From an uncultured bacterium (lineage in GTDB: Bacteria; Verrucomicrobiota; Verrucomicrobiia; Limisphaerales; UBA8199): a stretch of DNA of 64,000 nucleotides. Within the stretch, counting starts at the first letter, position 1. The number at the start of each line of letters is the position of its first letter. The position numbers and the translations under genes were made by a program. Of this stretch, positions 42,202-52,063 are shown piece after piece. Below the pieces are notes generated by a model, which worked only from the letters and a program-made list of their open reading frames with translations, was not told the DNA's origin and did no database searches. The stretch lies in the NCBI GenBank assembly GCA_963749495.1, contig CAVVMW010000015.1:192001-256000 (forward strand), in the 5' to 3' direction.

Positions 42202-43401
42202 ATGCCGGAAACCGGTGCGCGGGGACCACGGCTAATGGAGCCGATTGGGGCTCCATCGCTGGGTGGTCTTTTCGCGGCTTTTCTGCGTCTGGGCGCGTCG
42301 GCCTTCGGCGGGCCGGCCATGGTCGCCTACATCCGGGAGATGGCTGTAGCCCGAAAAGGCTGGCTTGACGCCCGGACCTTTGACGATGGGGTGGCGCTCT
42401 GCCAGGCGGTGCCTGGCGCCACGGCGATGCAGACCGCGGCCTATGTCGGGTTGCGCCTGCGGGGCGTGGCCGGCGCGGCAACCGCTTTTGTGGGATTTGC
42501 CCTGCCGGCTTTTGGGTTGATGCTCGTGCTTTCGGCCGTTTACCAGCGGACACACAGCCTGCCGGGGGTGGTTTCAGCTTTCAGCGGGCTGCAGGCCATC
42601 GTCGTCGCAATCGTCGCGAACGCCGCCCTGGCGTTTGGCAGCACCACCCTGAAAAGCTGGCGGCACGTGCCGATCACCGCGATGGCAGTGGCCTTGTTTG
42701 GTTGGGGGCTCAGCCCTTTCTTGGTGGTCGCTTTATCAGCGCTTCTGGGCTTCTGGCTCTTGCGCACCCCGCCGCCGGCCGCGTCCGCTGCGGCGGTTCC
42801 GGTTCCCATGCCGCCCACCACCAAACCCGTGCTCGCCATCCTCGGCGCGGTGGCGGGGCTTCTAGCTGCGTTGTTCCTGCTCGACCGGCAGCTCGCCGAA
42901 CTGGCGGCGATGATGCTCCGCATCGACCTGTTCGCCTTCGGGGGCGGGTTCGCCTCGGTCCCCCTGCTGTTCAACGAAACCGTGACTGTGCGCCACTGGC
43001 TGGATGGGCCGACGCTGCTGGATGGCATCGTTCTGGGACAGATTACGCCCGGGCCCATCGTGATCACGGCGACATTCGTAGGCTTCCTGCTCCGCGGGGC
43101 AATCGGGGCGCTCGTAGCCACTCTGGGCGTGTTCCTGCCGTCATTCCTGATCGTGGTTGCCGCGGCGCCACACTTCGACCGCCTGCGCGCTTCACCCGTC
43201 TTTGCGAGGCTCATCGGCGGCGCCCTTTGTTCGTTTCCGGGTCTGTTGCTGGTCGTTACGGCCCATTTTGCCCGGGGCGTCAGGTGGGAGCTGGCGACAG
43301 CTCTCCTGGCCGGGGCCGCCTTCGCCGCGTTGCGGCTGGGCCTCAATATCCTCTGGGTGGTGGTCATTGGGACCGGACTCTCGCTGCTCTTCTGTCGATG
43401 A
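42202..43401 (+). CDS. chrA: Chromate efflux transporter (long CHR)
   Basis: Two homologous halves: AFGGP...LCQAVPGA and AFGGG...GQITPGP, FLPSF; start uncertain. Confidence 0.92.
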   Translation: MPETGARGPRLMEPIGAPSLGGLFAAFLRLGASAFGGPAMVAYIREMAVARKGWLDARTFDDGVALCQAVPGATAMQTAAYVGLRLRGVAGAATAFVGFALPAFGLMLVLSAVYQRTHSLPGVVSAFSGLQAIVVAIVANAALAFGSTTLKSWRHVPITAMAVALFGWGLSPFLVVALSALLGFWLLRTPPPAASAAAVPVPMPPTTKPVLAILGAVAGLLAALFLLDRQLAELAAMMLRIDLFAFGGGFASVPLLFNETVTVRHWLDGPTLLDGIVLGQITPGPIVITATFVGFLLRGAIGALVATLGVFLPSFLIVVAAAPHFDRLRASPVFARLIGGALCSFPGLLLVVTAHFARGVRWELATALLAGAAFAALRLGLNILWVVVIGTGLSLLFCR

Positions 43402-43442
43402 GCCGGTTCGCCTCATCAAATAAAGGAGCCCATAGCACAGTT

Positions 43443-43774
43443 GGGGCGTATCTCGCATGTGCCACCACGGGAGAGAGGGCCGCGGGCCATCGCCTCAGTA
43501 GCCCGAAGGGCTTGTTATCAATCAGCCCAGGGTTGAACGCGCTACCCTGGGTTCCAGGCCACCAGACGCGCAAAACCCTGAAAGGGTTTCAGCAGCGATT
43601 CAACCCCTTCAGGGTAGTGGCCCAAGGGCGGCGTAACCCAGGGTAGCCCCGCCCTTTCTGGGGAAAGGGCGGGGCAACCCTGGGCTGAGTGATTCCGATC
43701 CCTTCGGGATGGATCTGGCCTGCCAGCGTTGGCCCTGACCGTTCATGTCGTGGTGGTACAGGCCAGATGCGCCC
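43443..43774. mobile_element. MITE-like element with 26-bp terminal IRs, REP cargo and GCACAGTT flanking direct repeat
   Basis: GGGCGTATCTCGCATGTGCCACCACG / CGTGGTGGTACAGGCCAGATGCGCCC (22/26); GCACAGTT at 43435 and 43775; internal CAGCCCAGGGTTG/CAACCCTGGGCTG palindromes. Confidence 0.65.
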
Positions 43775-43887
43775 GCACAGTTCGTTTTCCTGGTCGACAA
43801 CGCGACCGGGAGCCATATAGGCATCTACTATGCTGCGCACCCTGCAGCCTGAAGTCCTCACGCAGCCGACTGGGCATATCGGACAAA

Positions 43888-44025
43888 GCGAACCATGCTA
43901 TGGGTTGGCCCCATTTCCAGGGTGCCTTCCTGCGCTTCTTCACGCGTCCGTGGACGAATGCTTGGGGCGAGCGATGTCCTCCCCGGATGAGCACCGGTCA
44001 GGCCAGACCATAACATGGTTCGCGG
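43888..44025. repeat. Two oppositely oriented copies of the CCATARCATGGTTCGC motif
   Basis: GCGAACCATGCTATGGGTTGGCCCC (43888-43912, minus) and GGCCAGACCATAACATGGTTCGCGG (44001-44025, plus); third copy at 44992-45018. Confidence 0.75.
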
Positions 44026-44203
44026 CGCCCACAGCGGTGCCAGCCTCAATTCCAGGTCAGGTTTGATTCCAGCGGCTTCCTCCCGGCTCGGTCGGCACGG
44101 AGCCGGTGTCCCTGCACCGCAACTTTCAGCCGCTGACCCGGCCCTCAGGCGCCACCGCGCTCCCCCGCCCCCGTGCTGCGCCGAAACCGGCAAACCTCGC
44201 CCC

Positions 44204-44232
44204 TTGACACCCTCGTCCCCGTCCGGCAGCAT
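44204..44232 (+). promoter_or_regulatory. Candidate promoter TTGACA-N17-CAGCAT
   Basis: Same hexamers and spacing at 52035 and 56608. Confidence 0.55.
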
Positions 44233-44244
44233 GAGAGCACGGGC

Positions 44245-44908
44245 ATGACTGAAGCATTCAATTTTGACCTGAAGGCAAAGCGCACACGCCTGAGCGATGG
44301 AGACCTCATCGCCGCACTTGAGGGAGCGGTACTGACGCTTGGTGAGGGCTATTTCTCCTCTACCGACTACGACGCGCTTTCCGGTAAGCGTCCCTGTTCT
44401 GATACCATCATTGACCGATTCGGTTCGTGGAAGAAGGCTCTGGCATTGATCGGGATTAGGGGCGGGAGAGAGAGACGCTATTTACCGGATCGACTTATCC
44501 ACAATCTCGAGGATGCATGGAAATTACTTGGATACCCGCCCGGAAAGAGACAGATCGCGAAGCTCGGCGAGAAGATCTCGGAAAGACCATACGTTAATCA
44601 CTGGGGGAGTGTGCATGCCGCATGCGAGGCGTTGGCCGCCTTTCACAACGGCGAGATATCGAAAGAACAACTGCTCGCCGGCAATGCCGAGAAACCGACA
44701 CGGAAAACAATCCCGCTGAAAGATAGATGGGCCGTGCTGAAACGCGATAACTACCGCTGCACAAAGTGCGGTCTGTACTCCATCCAGCAATCATAATGTC
44801 GAACTGGAAGTGGATCACGACACTCCAGTTGCCAAAGGCGGGAGTAACGACCTCGACAATCTTCGAACTCTCTGTCGAGAGTGCAACCAAGGCAAGAAGG
44901 ATCGATGA
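44245..44908 (+). CDS. HNH endonuclease with N-terminal homing-endonuclease-associated repeats; frameshift near 44773
   Basis: RFGSWKKAL and HWGSVHAAC repeats, VLKRDNYRCTKCG, shifted frame LEVDHDTPVAKGGSNDLDNLRTLCRECNQGK-stop; lower GC. Confidence 0.85.
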
Positions 44909-44911
44909 TGC

Positions 44912-44971
44912 GCCCAATAATCGGTTGCAGCGGAAGGCGCTGCGCGCTGCGGCTGAACCGGCGCGTTGCTC
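44912..44971 (+). other. Degenerate integron attC site
   Basis: GCCCAAT-AATCGGTTGCAGCGGAAGGCGC-TGC-GCGCTGCGGCTGAACCGGCGC-GTTGCTC: imperfect palindrome with CGGTTGCAGC/GCTGAACCG one-base bulge, 3 bp after the HNH stop; cores deviate from RYYYAAC/GTTRRRY. Confidence 0.7.
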
Positions 44972-44991
44972 AGTCAGTAAATAAAAGTAAA

Positions 44992-45069
44992 AGGGGTCAG
45001 CCATAGCATGGTTCGCGGGCCGGTGGAAGACCCCAAGCTATGGCTTGACCCCTCGCCTGACCCCTCGCC
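44992..45069. mobile_element. 62-bp mini-element with GGGGTCA terminal IRs plus a 12-bp tandem duplication
   Basis: AGGGGTCAGCCATAGC ... GCTATGGCTTGACCCCT; TGACCCCTCGCC x2 at 45046-45069. Confidence 0.65.
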
Positions 45070-45520
45070 CGTTGGGCAACGCGGGTGATGTGCCGATCCG
45101 AGCCTCGGGCGGCGGGGGCGGCTCGAACCAGTTCTCCACCCTGAGCCCTACTACATGGTCAAAATGGCGGACGTTCCGAGTGACTAGAATCAAACGCTTC
45201 TCTTTTGCCGTTGCCGCGAGCAGTCCATCTCGGTAGCCCACCGGCGTTCCTTTCATCTTCCACTCCGCACGAAGGTCTGCTGCAGCAATCGCCAACGCTT
45301 CGTCAAGCGGCAGCACAGTAAGCCGGGGAAACACCTCTGCTTGAGAGCGTTCCCAGAGTTTGTTGCCGGGAGGCCCGATTTTTGCGCCATAGCGGATTTC
45401 CTCAAGACAGATGACGGAAGTAAACAAATCGGCGGGTTCCGTTTCGAAGCGCGATTCCACGCAAGGATCGGGCCGCAACCGGATGAGTTCGCTCAGCACG
45501 TTTGTGTCCAACAGGTACAT
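45038..45520 (-). CDS. vapC: PIN-domain toxin
   Basis: YLLDTNVLSE, EEIRYG, DGLLAATA, LVTRNVRHF, VENW; tail runs into the repeat. Confidence 0.92.
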   Translation of the reverse strand: MYLLDTNVLSELIRLRPDPCVESRFETEPADLFTSVICLEEIRYGAKIGPPGNKLWERSQAEVFPRLTVLPLDEALAIAAADLRAEWKMKGTPVGYRDGLLAATAKEKRLILVTRNVRHFDHVVGLRVENWFEPPPPPEARIGTSPALPNGRGVRRGVKP

Positions 45521-45523
45521 GCC

Positions 45524-45781
45524 TCAATCGAACTCAGGCGCCGGAGGTCCCGGCGACCGATGCCGCTCTTCCTCGATTTCCTCCAAAACCTTGAAGATCG
45601 CGTCGTCGTTGGGAATGCCGTCCGGGTTGTAATAGCTGCCGTCCGGAAGCCGTTGAAGCTGTCGTCTAAGTTCCCTTCGCGGGTCGGCCGTGGCCTTGGC
45701 CAGTTCGGCACAGATCATCTGCTGTTCCGCCAGCGGCAGACTCTTCACCAACTCCAAAACCCTAAGCGCGATCGTGCTCAC
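45524..45781 (-). CDS. Putative antitoxin
   Basis: Small ORF ending 3 bp before vapC, GGAG before GTG, acidic C-terminus. Confidence 0.65.
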   Translation of the reverse strand: MSTIALRVLELVKSLPLAEQQMICAELAKATADPRRELRRQLQRLPDGSYYNPDGIPNDDAIFKVLEEIEEERHRSPGPPAPEFD

Positions 45782-46047
45782 GACTCCAAACTTAGCCGAA
45801 CTGAGGACCTGTGGCAATCCTGGACCAGTAAACGGGTCGGCAGCGAAGAGCCGGGCCAGCGTGGCTTTTCGAGTCTGAGGAAGCTTCGATCACAGGCGTG
45901 ACTCGATTCCTCTCCATCGCCTCCAACATCGCAGAAGCCTCGGGGTCAGATCTCGGCCCTCGACGTTCACCTCGAAGGCTGGCTCATCGGAAACGTCCGG
46001 TTCCCCTTCCCCGCAGCGCCTTGGCCTGTCGAACCGGCGGTTGAGGC

Positions 46048-46791
46048 TCACCAGGCGTCGATACGGATTCGCTCCGGCGGCACGCCGCGGCGGACGAGGG
46101 CGGGTCTCAGGGTGGCGAGCATCGAGGGTGGCCCGGACAAATAGAAGACGCTCGAAGCCGGGGCCTTGAGCAGCGGCCAGACCGAATCCAGCGTGATGCG
46201 CCCGTCAAACCACTGTGGGCCGTTGGGGCGGGCCACAGCCGGCCGAACCTGCCCGTCTCCTCCGCTTTCCGTGAACCAGAGCGTCCTGAAGCGGGGCACT
46301 CGTGCCAGATGCCCGAGAATGTCCTCCTTGAACAGCAGCAGGTCGGGCGCGCGGGCGCCGTACACGAGGGTTACGTCCCGTGGAATCTCCGGCGCGAGGG
46401 CCTCGAGGAATGCCGTGAAGGCGCTGATGCCGGTGCCCCCGGCGATGAGGACCGCGGGGGTGGCGTCGTCGATGACGAACTCACCAAAGGGCAGCTTGAC
46501 CCAGACCTCAGCGCCCGGTTCGAGGGCCTGTTCCATTCGCGTTGTGTAGCGACCCTTGACGGAGTAGCAGATGCGCAGGCGGCGGCGATTGCGCGGGGAA
46601 CTGGCGATGGAAAACACTCGGGATTCGGGCCAGAAACTCGAAGGGGTCGTAGGCTCCACGGTCAGGTGCAAGAACTGCCCCGGCTGGAACGCCGGGACTG
46701 GCGCGCCGGGCACCAGGTCAACCGTGTAAACGCGGGCGCCATGATCGATGACCGACTCGACCTGGCAACGGATTTTCCGGGGCATGCTCAT
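46048..46791 (-). CDS. Ferredoxin-NADP reductase family FAD/NAD oxidoreductase (DdhD/RfbI-like partner, no 2Fe-2S domain)
   Basis: FQPGQFLHL, RVFSIASS, IAGGTGIS, LVYGAR, YLSGPPSM; ATGA overlap with the rfbH end. Confidence 0.85.
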   Translation of the reverse strand: MSMPRKIRCQVESVIDHGARVYTVDLVPGAPVPAFQPGQFLHLTVEPTTPSSFWPESRVFSIASSPRNRRRLRICYSVKGRYTTRMEQALEPGAEVWVKLPFGEFVIDDATPAVLIAGGTGISAFTAFLEALAPEIPRDVTLVYGARAPDLLLFKEDILGHLARVPRFRTLWFTESGGDGQVRPAVARPNGPQWFDGRITLDSVWPLLKAPASSVFYLSGPPSMLATLRPALVRRGVPPERIRIDAW

Positions 46792-47734
46792 GCGCCTTTG
46801 CCCGCCATGAACTGGTCCACCGTTGCCAGCACGTGGTGGATCATCTCTGCTGTCAGTCCGGGATAGACGCCGATGAAAAAGCGTGAGAATAGACGTACTT
46901 GTGGTCGTAGCCGAAGGGCAGCGTCCCAAACTGCTGGCCGAACCGCTTGCCGCACGTGTTGTTCTCCCCGCCGGCGCAATAGCAATCCCGGCCCCAGTCC
47001 CGGAGACTGCGGGCAATTCGAGCGAGGTCCTCGTTCGCCGTCGCCACCGCGCCGCCTTCGCCCATGGTAATGTGGTGCGCCGGGTAGAAGCTGAACGTGG
47101 CCAAGTCGCCGAACGTCGCCGTGAGCCGGCCTTCGTATCGGGTGCCCAGGGCGTCGCAGTTGTCTTCCACCAGCCACAGGCCGTGGCGATCGCACCACTC
47201 GCGCACCTCGCGCACCGCGTAGGGCACGCCCATCGTGTGGGCGATCATGACTGCTTTGGTCCTGGGACTCAGAGCGGCCTCTATCGCTTCCAGGCCTGGC
47301 ACGTAGCTGCCCAACTCCACATCCACGAAGACCGGGACCGCGCGGTTCTGGAGGATAGGGTTGACCGTGGTGGGAAAACTCGCCGCCACCGTGATGACTT
47401 CGTCGCCGGGGCGCACGCGCCGGTCCTTGAGCTTGGGCGAAGCCAGCGCGGACAACGCCACCAGGTTGGCCGACGAGCCGGAGTTGACCAGCAGCACGTT
47501 GCCGACACCCAGAAACTCAGCGAGATTTGCCTCGAATTCTTCCGCATACCGCCCGGCCGTCAGCCAGAAATCCAGCGAGGCGACCACCAGGTTGACCAGC
47601 TCGCTCTCGTCGAAGAAGCGCCCGGCGTAGCGCACCAGGTCCTCCCCCGGACGAAACGCCTTGGAGACCTCGGCCGTGTGGAATTCGCGGACCAGGCCCA
47701 GAATTTGACGGCGAATTGTGTTCCGGTCACTCAT
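46788..47734 (-). pseudogene. rfbH: CDP-4-keto-6-deoxyglucose 3-dehydrase (E1) with internal deletion
   Basis: [56 protein letters not shown] joined out of frame to terminal FFIGVYPGL. Confidence 0.85.
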
Positions 47735-47828
47735 TCGAATCATTTAGCACTTGGCACGGCTCTGAAACAACAAGAAACGCCGCATTTTCGAGTTGTCACG
47801 GCGCGAATTTGGCGTTCTACTCCTGGCC

Positions 47829-50800
47829 ATGAGAACAAGCTTCTCCTTCCGGATATCGTTCCCCTCCTCCGCACGGCTGCGCGTTAGAGCGCCTCTGAAA
47901 AGGCTCCGTGGCAGGGGCGTCCCGCCCCTGTCTATCGCGGGCGAGACGCCCGCGCCACCCCTCTTCAGACACGCTCTTAGTTTATTCGCTGTCGCATCAC
48001 TCACGTGCTCTCTGCCGTTGATGGCGGAGCCGGCCGGCCAGCCGAGCACTCCCGCCCTGCTCGGGCAAATCGGCGTCACCAAGGGCATCTGCGCGTTGCC
48101 AGGCGACCGCGCCTGCGAACTGGCGCTCAGCCTCGCCCGCGCAACCGACCTGATGTTCTACGTGCAACTTCCGGGTGCGGCCGAGGTCGAGAGCGCGCGG
48201 CGGCGCGCCTATGATTCGGGGCTTTACGGCACGCGCATTTTTGTCGAGCAAGGGCCCGTGGACCATCTGCTCCTGGCCGGCAACGTCGCTGACGCCGTAA
48301 TCGCTACCGGCGCCGCCGAGAGCATGCCCGTCGCAGAGGCGCTCCGGGTCGTGCGCCCGCAGGGCAGGGTGGTCCTGGGCGCGCGCCGCGAAACCAAGGC
48401 GTTCCCGGCAGGTATTGATGATTGGAGCCACCCGTATCACGGGCCGGATAACAACCCGGTCTCCCACGACAAATTGGCGCGCGGTCCGTACCTGACGCAG
48501 TTCCTGGCGGATCCGCGTTACGCCCCGCTGCCGCAGGTGGCGGTGACCGCGGCCGGCAGGGTATTCAAGGCCTTCGGCCACATCGCCTTCAAGGAACGGG
48601 AGGAGCCGTGGCTGAACACGCTCGCGGCCTTCAACGGTTACAATGGCACGCTGTTATGGCGCCGCGAAATCGCGCCGGCGCTCATGGTCCATCGCAATGC
48701 GCTCATCGCCACGGCCACCAACGTGTACTTCGGCGATGACCAGTCCTGCAAAGTGTTCGATGCCGCCACGGGCGAACTGAAGGAAGAAATAGCGCCGCCG
48801 GCGGGCGAAACCGGCGGCACCTTCTGGAAGTGGATGGCCCTGGATGACAACGTCCTCTACGCCATGATCGGCGAACCGGAATCGCGCGACCCCACGATCC
48901 GCGCCCGGCGAGTCTCTCACGGCTGGCCGTGGGACCCCCTTTCACCCGGGTTCAACCAGAAAGAGCAACCGTGGGGCTACGGAAAAACGCTGGTGGCGCT
49001 CGACCCCGCCAGCAAGCGCATCTTGTGGCGTTATCATGAGGACCAGCCCATGGACGCACGCGCGGTTTGCCTCAAGCATGGACGCCTGTACGCCTTCAGC
49101 TTCGGCAATTACCTCACCTGCCTGGACGCCAGGACCGGCGCCCAGATCTATCGACACACCAAAGAGAACGCCCCGCAATTGTTCGACGCCCTCGGCGTCT
49201 ATCAGGACCGCCAGGACTGGCGCTCGAACTGGCGGACCACGGCCCTGTTGCGGTGCAGCGACCAGGCCCTCTATTTCGCCGGCCCGGCTCTCCAGCGTCT
49301 GGTGGCCGTTGCCGCCGACAGCGGCAAGGTCTTGTGGTGTCACCCTTACAGCAATTACCAGCTCATCTTGCAGGGCGACTACCTGTACGGCATCAGCGGA
49401 CAGATTGACAATGAGGTTAGCCGCAAGTTCGACCCTCTGACCGGCAAGATCCTCGCTGAGCTCAAGACCAATCGCCGCGCCTGCACCCGCCCCACCGCGT
49501 CGTGTGATGCCATCTTCTTCCGCGCCGACGAAGGCTCGGTGCGTCTGGACCTGCAGAAAGATCAGTCGCAACTGGTTTCTCCCATGCGCCCCAATTGTCA
49601 TGATGGCGTCACCGTCGCCAACGGCTTGCTCTACTGGTGGCCGTCGGTGTGCGACTGCGACCTGACTCTCTATGGCATCACCTGCCTTGGGCCGGCCGGA
49701 GATTTCGACTTCGACCAAAGCGCGACCGAAACCGCCAGGCTCGAACCCGTGTCTGACGGACCTCCAGCGCCCAGCCTGTCCGTGGACGCCTCGGATTGGC
49801 CCGCCTTCCGCGCCAACAACTCGGCGACCGCCACAGCCTCCGTGCCGCTGCGCGCGGATGCCAAACTGCTCTGGGAGTATGTGCCCAAGACCGCCTATAC
49901 GCCGTCCGCGCCAACCGCTGCGGCGTCCCTGGCGTTTGTGAGCGGCTCGGATGGCGTCATCCGGGCGTTCGACGTGGAAAGCGGCAAGGAAGCCTGGCTC
50001 GCCTTCACCGGCGGCGACGTGCGCTTGCCGCCGACCATCGCCCAGGGCCGTGCCCTGGCGGGGTCGGGAGACGGTTGGGTGTACGCGTTGGATGCCGCGA
50101 CCGGGAAGCGGGTCTGGCGTTTCCGCGCCGCACCCGTCGAGCGGCGCATTCCCATCTACGGAACGCTCCAATCCACCTGGCCCGCCGCCAGCGGCGTGCT
50201 TGTGGATGACGGCGTGGCCTATGTCGCCGCCGGGTTAGCCAATTACGACGGCACCCACGTTTACGCCCTGGATGCGGCCACTGGCAGGATTCGCTGGCAG
50301 AACAACCGGTCCGGCCACCTCGACGAGGCTTCGCACACGGGCGTGGGCGTCCAAGGCCACATGGTGATCCACGGGGGCAAGTTGTTCCTTGCCGGCGGCA
50401 ACGCCGTGTCCCCCGCCGAATACGATCTGGCCGGCGGAGAATGCCGCAACTCGCTGCCGGTCCGGCAGACTCCAACAGGCAATGTCCCCGTCGGGTCGGT
50501 CGCCCCGCGCGGCTGGGAGCTCTACATCGTGGGCAACGAAATCCGAGTGGCTGGAAAGCCCTACTATTCGCATCCGCAATATCCCGTATTCGATGCCTCG
50601 GTGCTCAACAAAACGCTGTTTGCCAGCGTGGCCCATTACGATCTAGCGTGGGCAAACAACGCCAAACTCATGTGCTTTACCAACGTTCCCGGAGACCGCG
50701 CCGAATTCCAGAAAGCGCTGTGGGGCCAGACGCAATCCAAAGAAGTGAAGCCGGCTTGGGAATTCGACTGTCCAAAAAGCGCCGCCTTGGCGCTGTGCCC

Positions 50801-50975
50801 CAACGCCGTCCTCATCGCCACACCGGGGGAACTCGCCGCGCTCAGCCTCGAGGACGGACGGGTGCTTTGGAAACAACCGCTGCCGGCCGCTCCGGTTGCC
50901 TGGGGTCTCGCGGTCAATCGCGAGGGCAAAGTCATCGTTACGCTCGAAGGTGGACGCGTGCTCTGCTTTGGGTAG
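47829..50975 (+). CDS. Secreted PQQ-type beta-propeller repeat protein with N-terminal methyltransferase-like segment
   Basis: DDWSHPYHGPDNNP, AFNGYNGTLLW, CLDARTG, WPAFRANN, GSGDGWVYALDAATGKRVWRF, STWP. Confidence 0.85.
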   Translation: MRTSFSFRISFPSSARLRVRAPLKRLRGRGVPPLSIAGETPAPPLFRHALSLFAVASLTCSLPLMAEPAGQPSTPALLGQIGVTKGICALPGDRACELALSLARATDLMFYVQLPGAAEVESARRRAYDSGLYGTRIFVEQGPVDHLLLAGNVADAVIATGAAESMPVAEALRVVRPQGRVVLGARRETKAFPAGIDDWSHPYHGPDNNPVSHDKLARGPYLTQFLADPRYAPLPQVAVTAAGRVFKAFGHIAFKEREEPWLNTLAAFNGYNGTLLWRREIAPALMVHRNALIATATNVYFGDDQSCKVFDAATGELKEEIAPPAGETGGTFWKWMALDDNVLYAMIGEPESRDPTIRARRVSHGWPWDPLSPGFNQKEQPWGYGKTLVALDPASKRILWRYHEDQPMDARAVCLKHGRLYAFSFGNYLTCLDARTGAQIYRHTKENAPQLFDALGVYQDRQDWRSNWRTTALLRCSDQALYFAGPALQRLVAVAADSGKVLWCHPYSNYQLILQGDYLYGISGQIDNEVSRKFDPLTGKILAELKTNRRACTRPTASCDAIFFRADEGSVRLDLQKDQSQLVSPMRPNCHDGVTVANGLLYWWPSVCDCDLTLYGITCLGPAGDFDFDQSATETARLEPVSDGPPAPSLSVDASDWPAFRANNSATATASVPLRADAKLLWEYVPKTAYTPSAPTAAASLAFVSGSDGVIRAFDVESGKEAWLAFTGGDVRLPPTIAQGRALAGSGDGWVYALDAATGKRVWRFRAAPVERRIPIYGTLQSTWPAASGVLVDDGVAYVAAGLANYDGTHVYALDAATGRIRWQNNRSGHLDEASHTGVGVQGHMVIHGGKLFLAGGNAVSPAEYDLAGGECRNSLPVRQTPTGNVPVGSVAPRGWELYIVGNEIRVAGKPYYSHPQYPVFDASVLNKTLFASVAHYDLAWANNAKLMCFTNVPGDRAEFQKALWGQTQSKEVKPAWEFDCPKSAALALCPNAVLIATPGELAALSLEDGRVLWKQPLPAAPVAWGLAVNREGKVIVTLEGGRVLCFG
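47887..47976. mobile_element. 90-bp MITE with TTA duplication, in frame within the signal-peptide region
   Basis: TTA-GAGCGCCTCTGAAAAG ... CTCTTCAGACACGCTC-TTA (13/16 IR); internal REP hairpins. Confidence 0.75.
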
Positions 50976-51037
50976 TGAACTGACCCGTAAAACGTGAAGC
51001 GTGAAACGTGAAAAAAGAACAAGGCAGGTTGCCACCT

Positions 51038-51814
51038 TTATTTCTTGACGGCTCCTAACCGGCCATAACCGTGCTCGGCGAACAGCCGCTTCGTTGACTC
51101 CGTCCGACAGGCCTTCAGGAAAGCGTCGCGCAAAGCGGGATTTTGGCTTTGCGCCAAACCCACGACGGTCACGCTGATCTCCGGATACTCCTCGGCGGCA
51201 GGAACCCGTTCAACCTTGCCCCGGTACATCAATGCGATGTAGTTCCAGACCACCACGGCATCCAGCGGCCCCAGGATCAGGCCCTCGGCGACTTCGGCAT
51301 GGGTTCGGGCCTGCAGCGCAACCTGTTTCATCACGGCGTCGCGCAGCCCCTTCTTCTCCAGCAATTCGACAAACAGGGCGCCGCAGGTCGAATACTGCGG
51401 ATCGCCGATGCCGAGCTTGATATTTCGGTTCGTCAGGTCGCTGAGGGATTTCAGCCCCAGCGGATTGCCTGGCCGCGCCAGCAGGACAGGCTCGAGCACT
51501 CCTACCTTAGCCGAGCCAGCCCAACGTCCTGCCTCCTTGATCTTCTGCTCGAAGGGATCGTGGCAGATGAAAATGTCCGCCGGCGCGCCGCTCAGGATTC
51601 GGGGCAACAGGGTCTCCGATCCACCCAGATCCACCAGCACCTCAGCGCCCTGATCCTCCTTGAAACGCCGGCAGAGGATTTGCGCCGGTGCGGCCATGGA
51701 ACTGCCGCACAGGACGCGCAGCTCGACCGGTTTGTCCGGTGATTGAGCCTCGCGGGAGCAGCCGCCCGCCAGGAGCACTATGAACGTCAGGAGCCGCAGG
51801 GTGCGATGAATCAT
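51038..51814 (-). CDS. modA: Molybdate ABC substrate-binding lipoprotein
   Basis: Lipobox-like LLAGGC, CGSSM, LGGSETL, ADIFICHD, IGDPQYSTCG, DAVVVW. Confidence 0.78.
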   Translation of the reverse strand: MIHRTLRLLTFIVLLAGGCSREAQSPDKPVELRVLCGSSMAAPAQILCRRFKEDQGAEVLVDLGGSETLLPRILSGAPADIFICHDPFEQKIKEAGRWAGSAKVGVLEPVLLARPGNPLGLKSLSDLTNRNIKLGIGDPQYSTCGALFVELLEKKGLRDAVMKQVALQARTHAEVAEGLILGPLDAVVVWNYIALMYRGKVERVPAAEEYPEISVTVVGLAQSQNPALRDAFLKACRTESTKRLFAEHGYGRLGAVKK

Positions 51815-51826
51815 CCGAGGACCATA

Positions 51827-51894
51827 GGGGAAATCGCCCGGGGCTTCCAGCAAATCTGAAAGTTGCACGCCCAAAGCCGGGGTCAGCAGTTTTC
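51827..51894 (+). repeat. 68-bp direct repeat, left copy
   Basis: 66/68 identical to 55811-55878. Confidence 0.95.
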
Positions 51895-52034
51895 TACACC
51901 CAACACGCGCTGGCTTCACCGTAATTGAAGCATTCCTTCGCTTAGCTCTGTTCCAGGCCATCGGGTTCGCGATCGCTTGCCTTGGGGCAGGGGGCAGGCG
52001 CAAAAGCCGTCGGCGGCCCCTCAAGACTCGCCAT

Positions 52035-52063
52035 TTGACATCACGGTTTCCCTAACGCAGCAT
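52035..52063 (+). promoter_or_regulatory. Candidate promoter TTGACA-N17-CAGCAT
   Basis: TTGACATCACGG is shared with the copy at 56608. Confidence 0.55.

Noticed and set aside
45895..45928. tRNA/tmRNA 3'-end-like stretch (TCGATTCC...CGCCTCCA)
   Set aside because: No proper T-arm, acceptor stem or CCA; no second copy as an att site
50985..51016. CGTGAA-type heptamer repeat between convergent genes
   Set aside because: Short degenerate simple repeat; no supportable function
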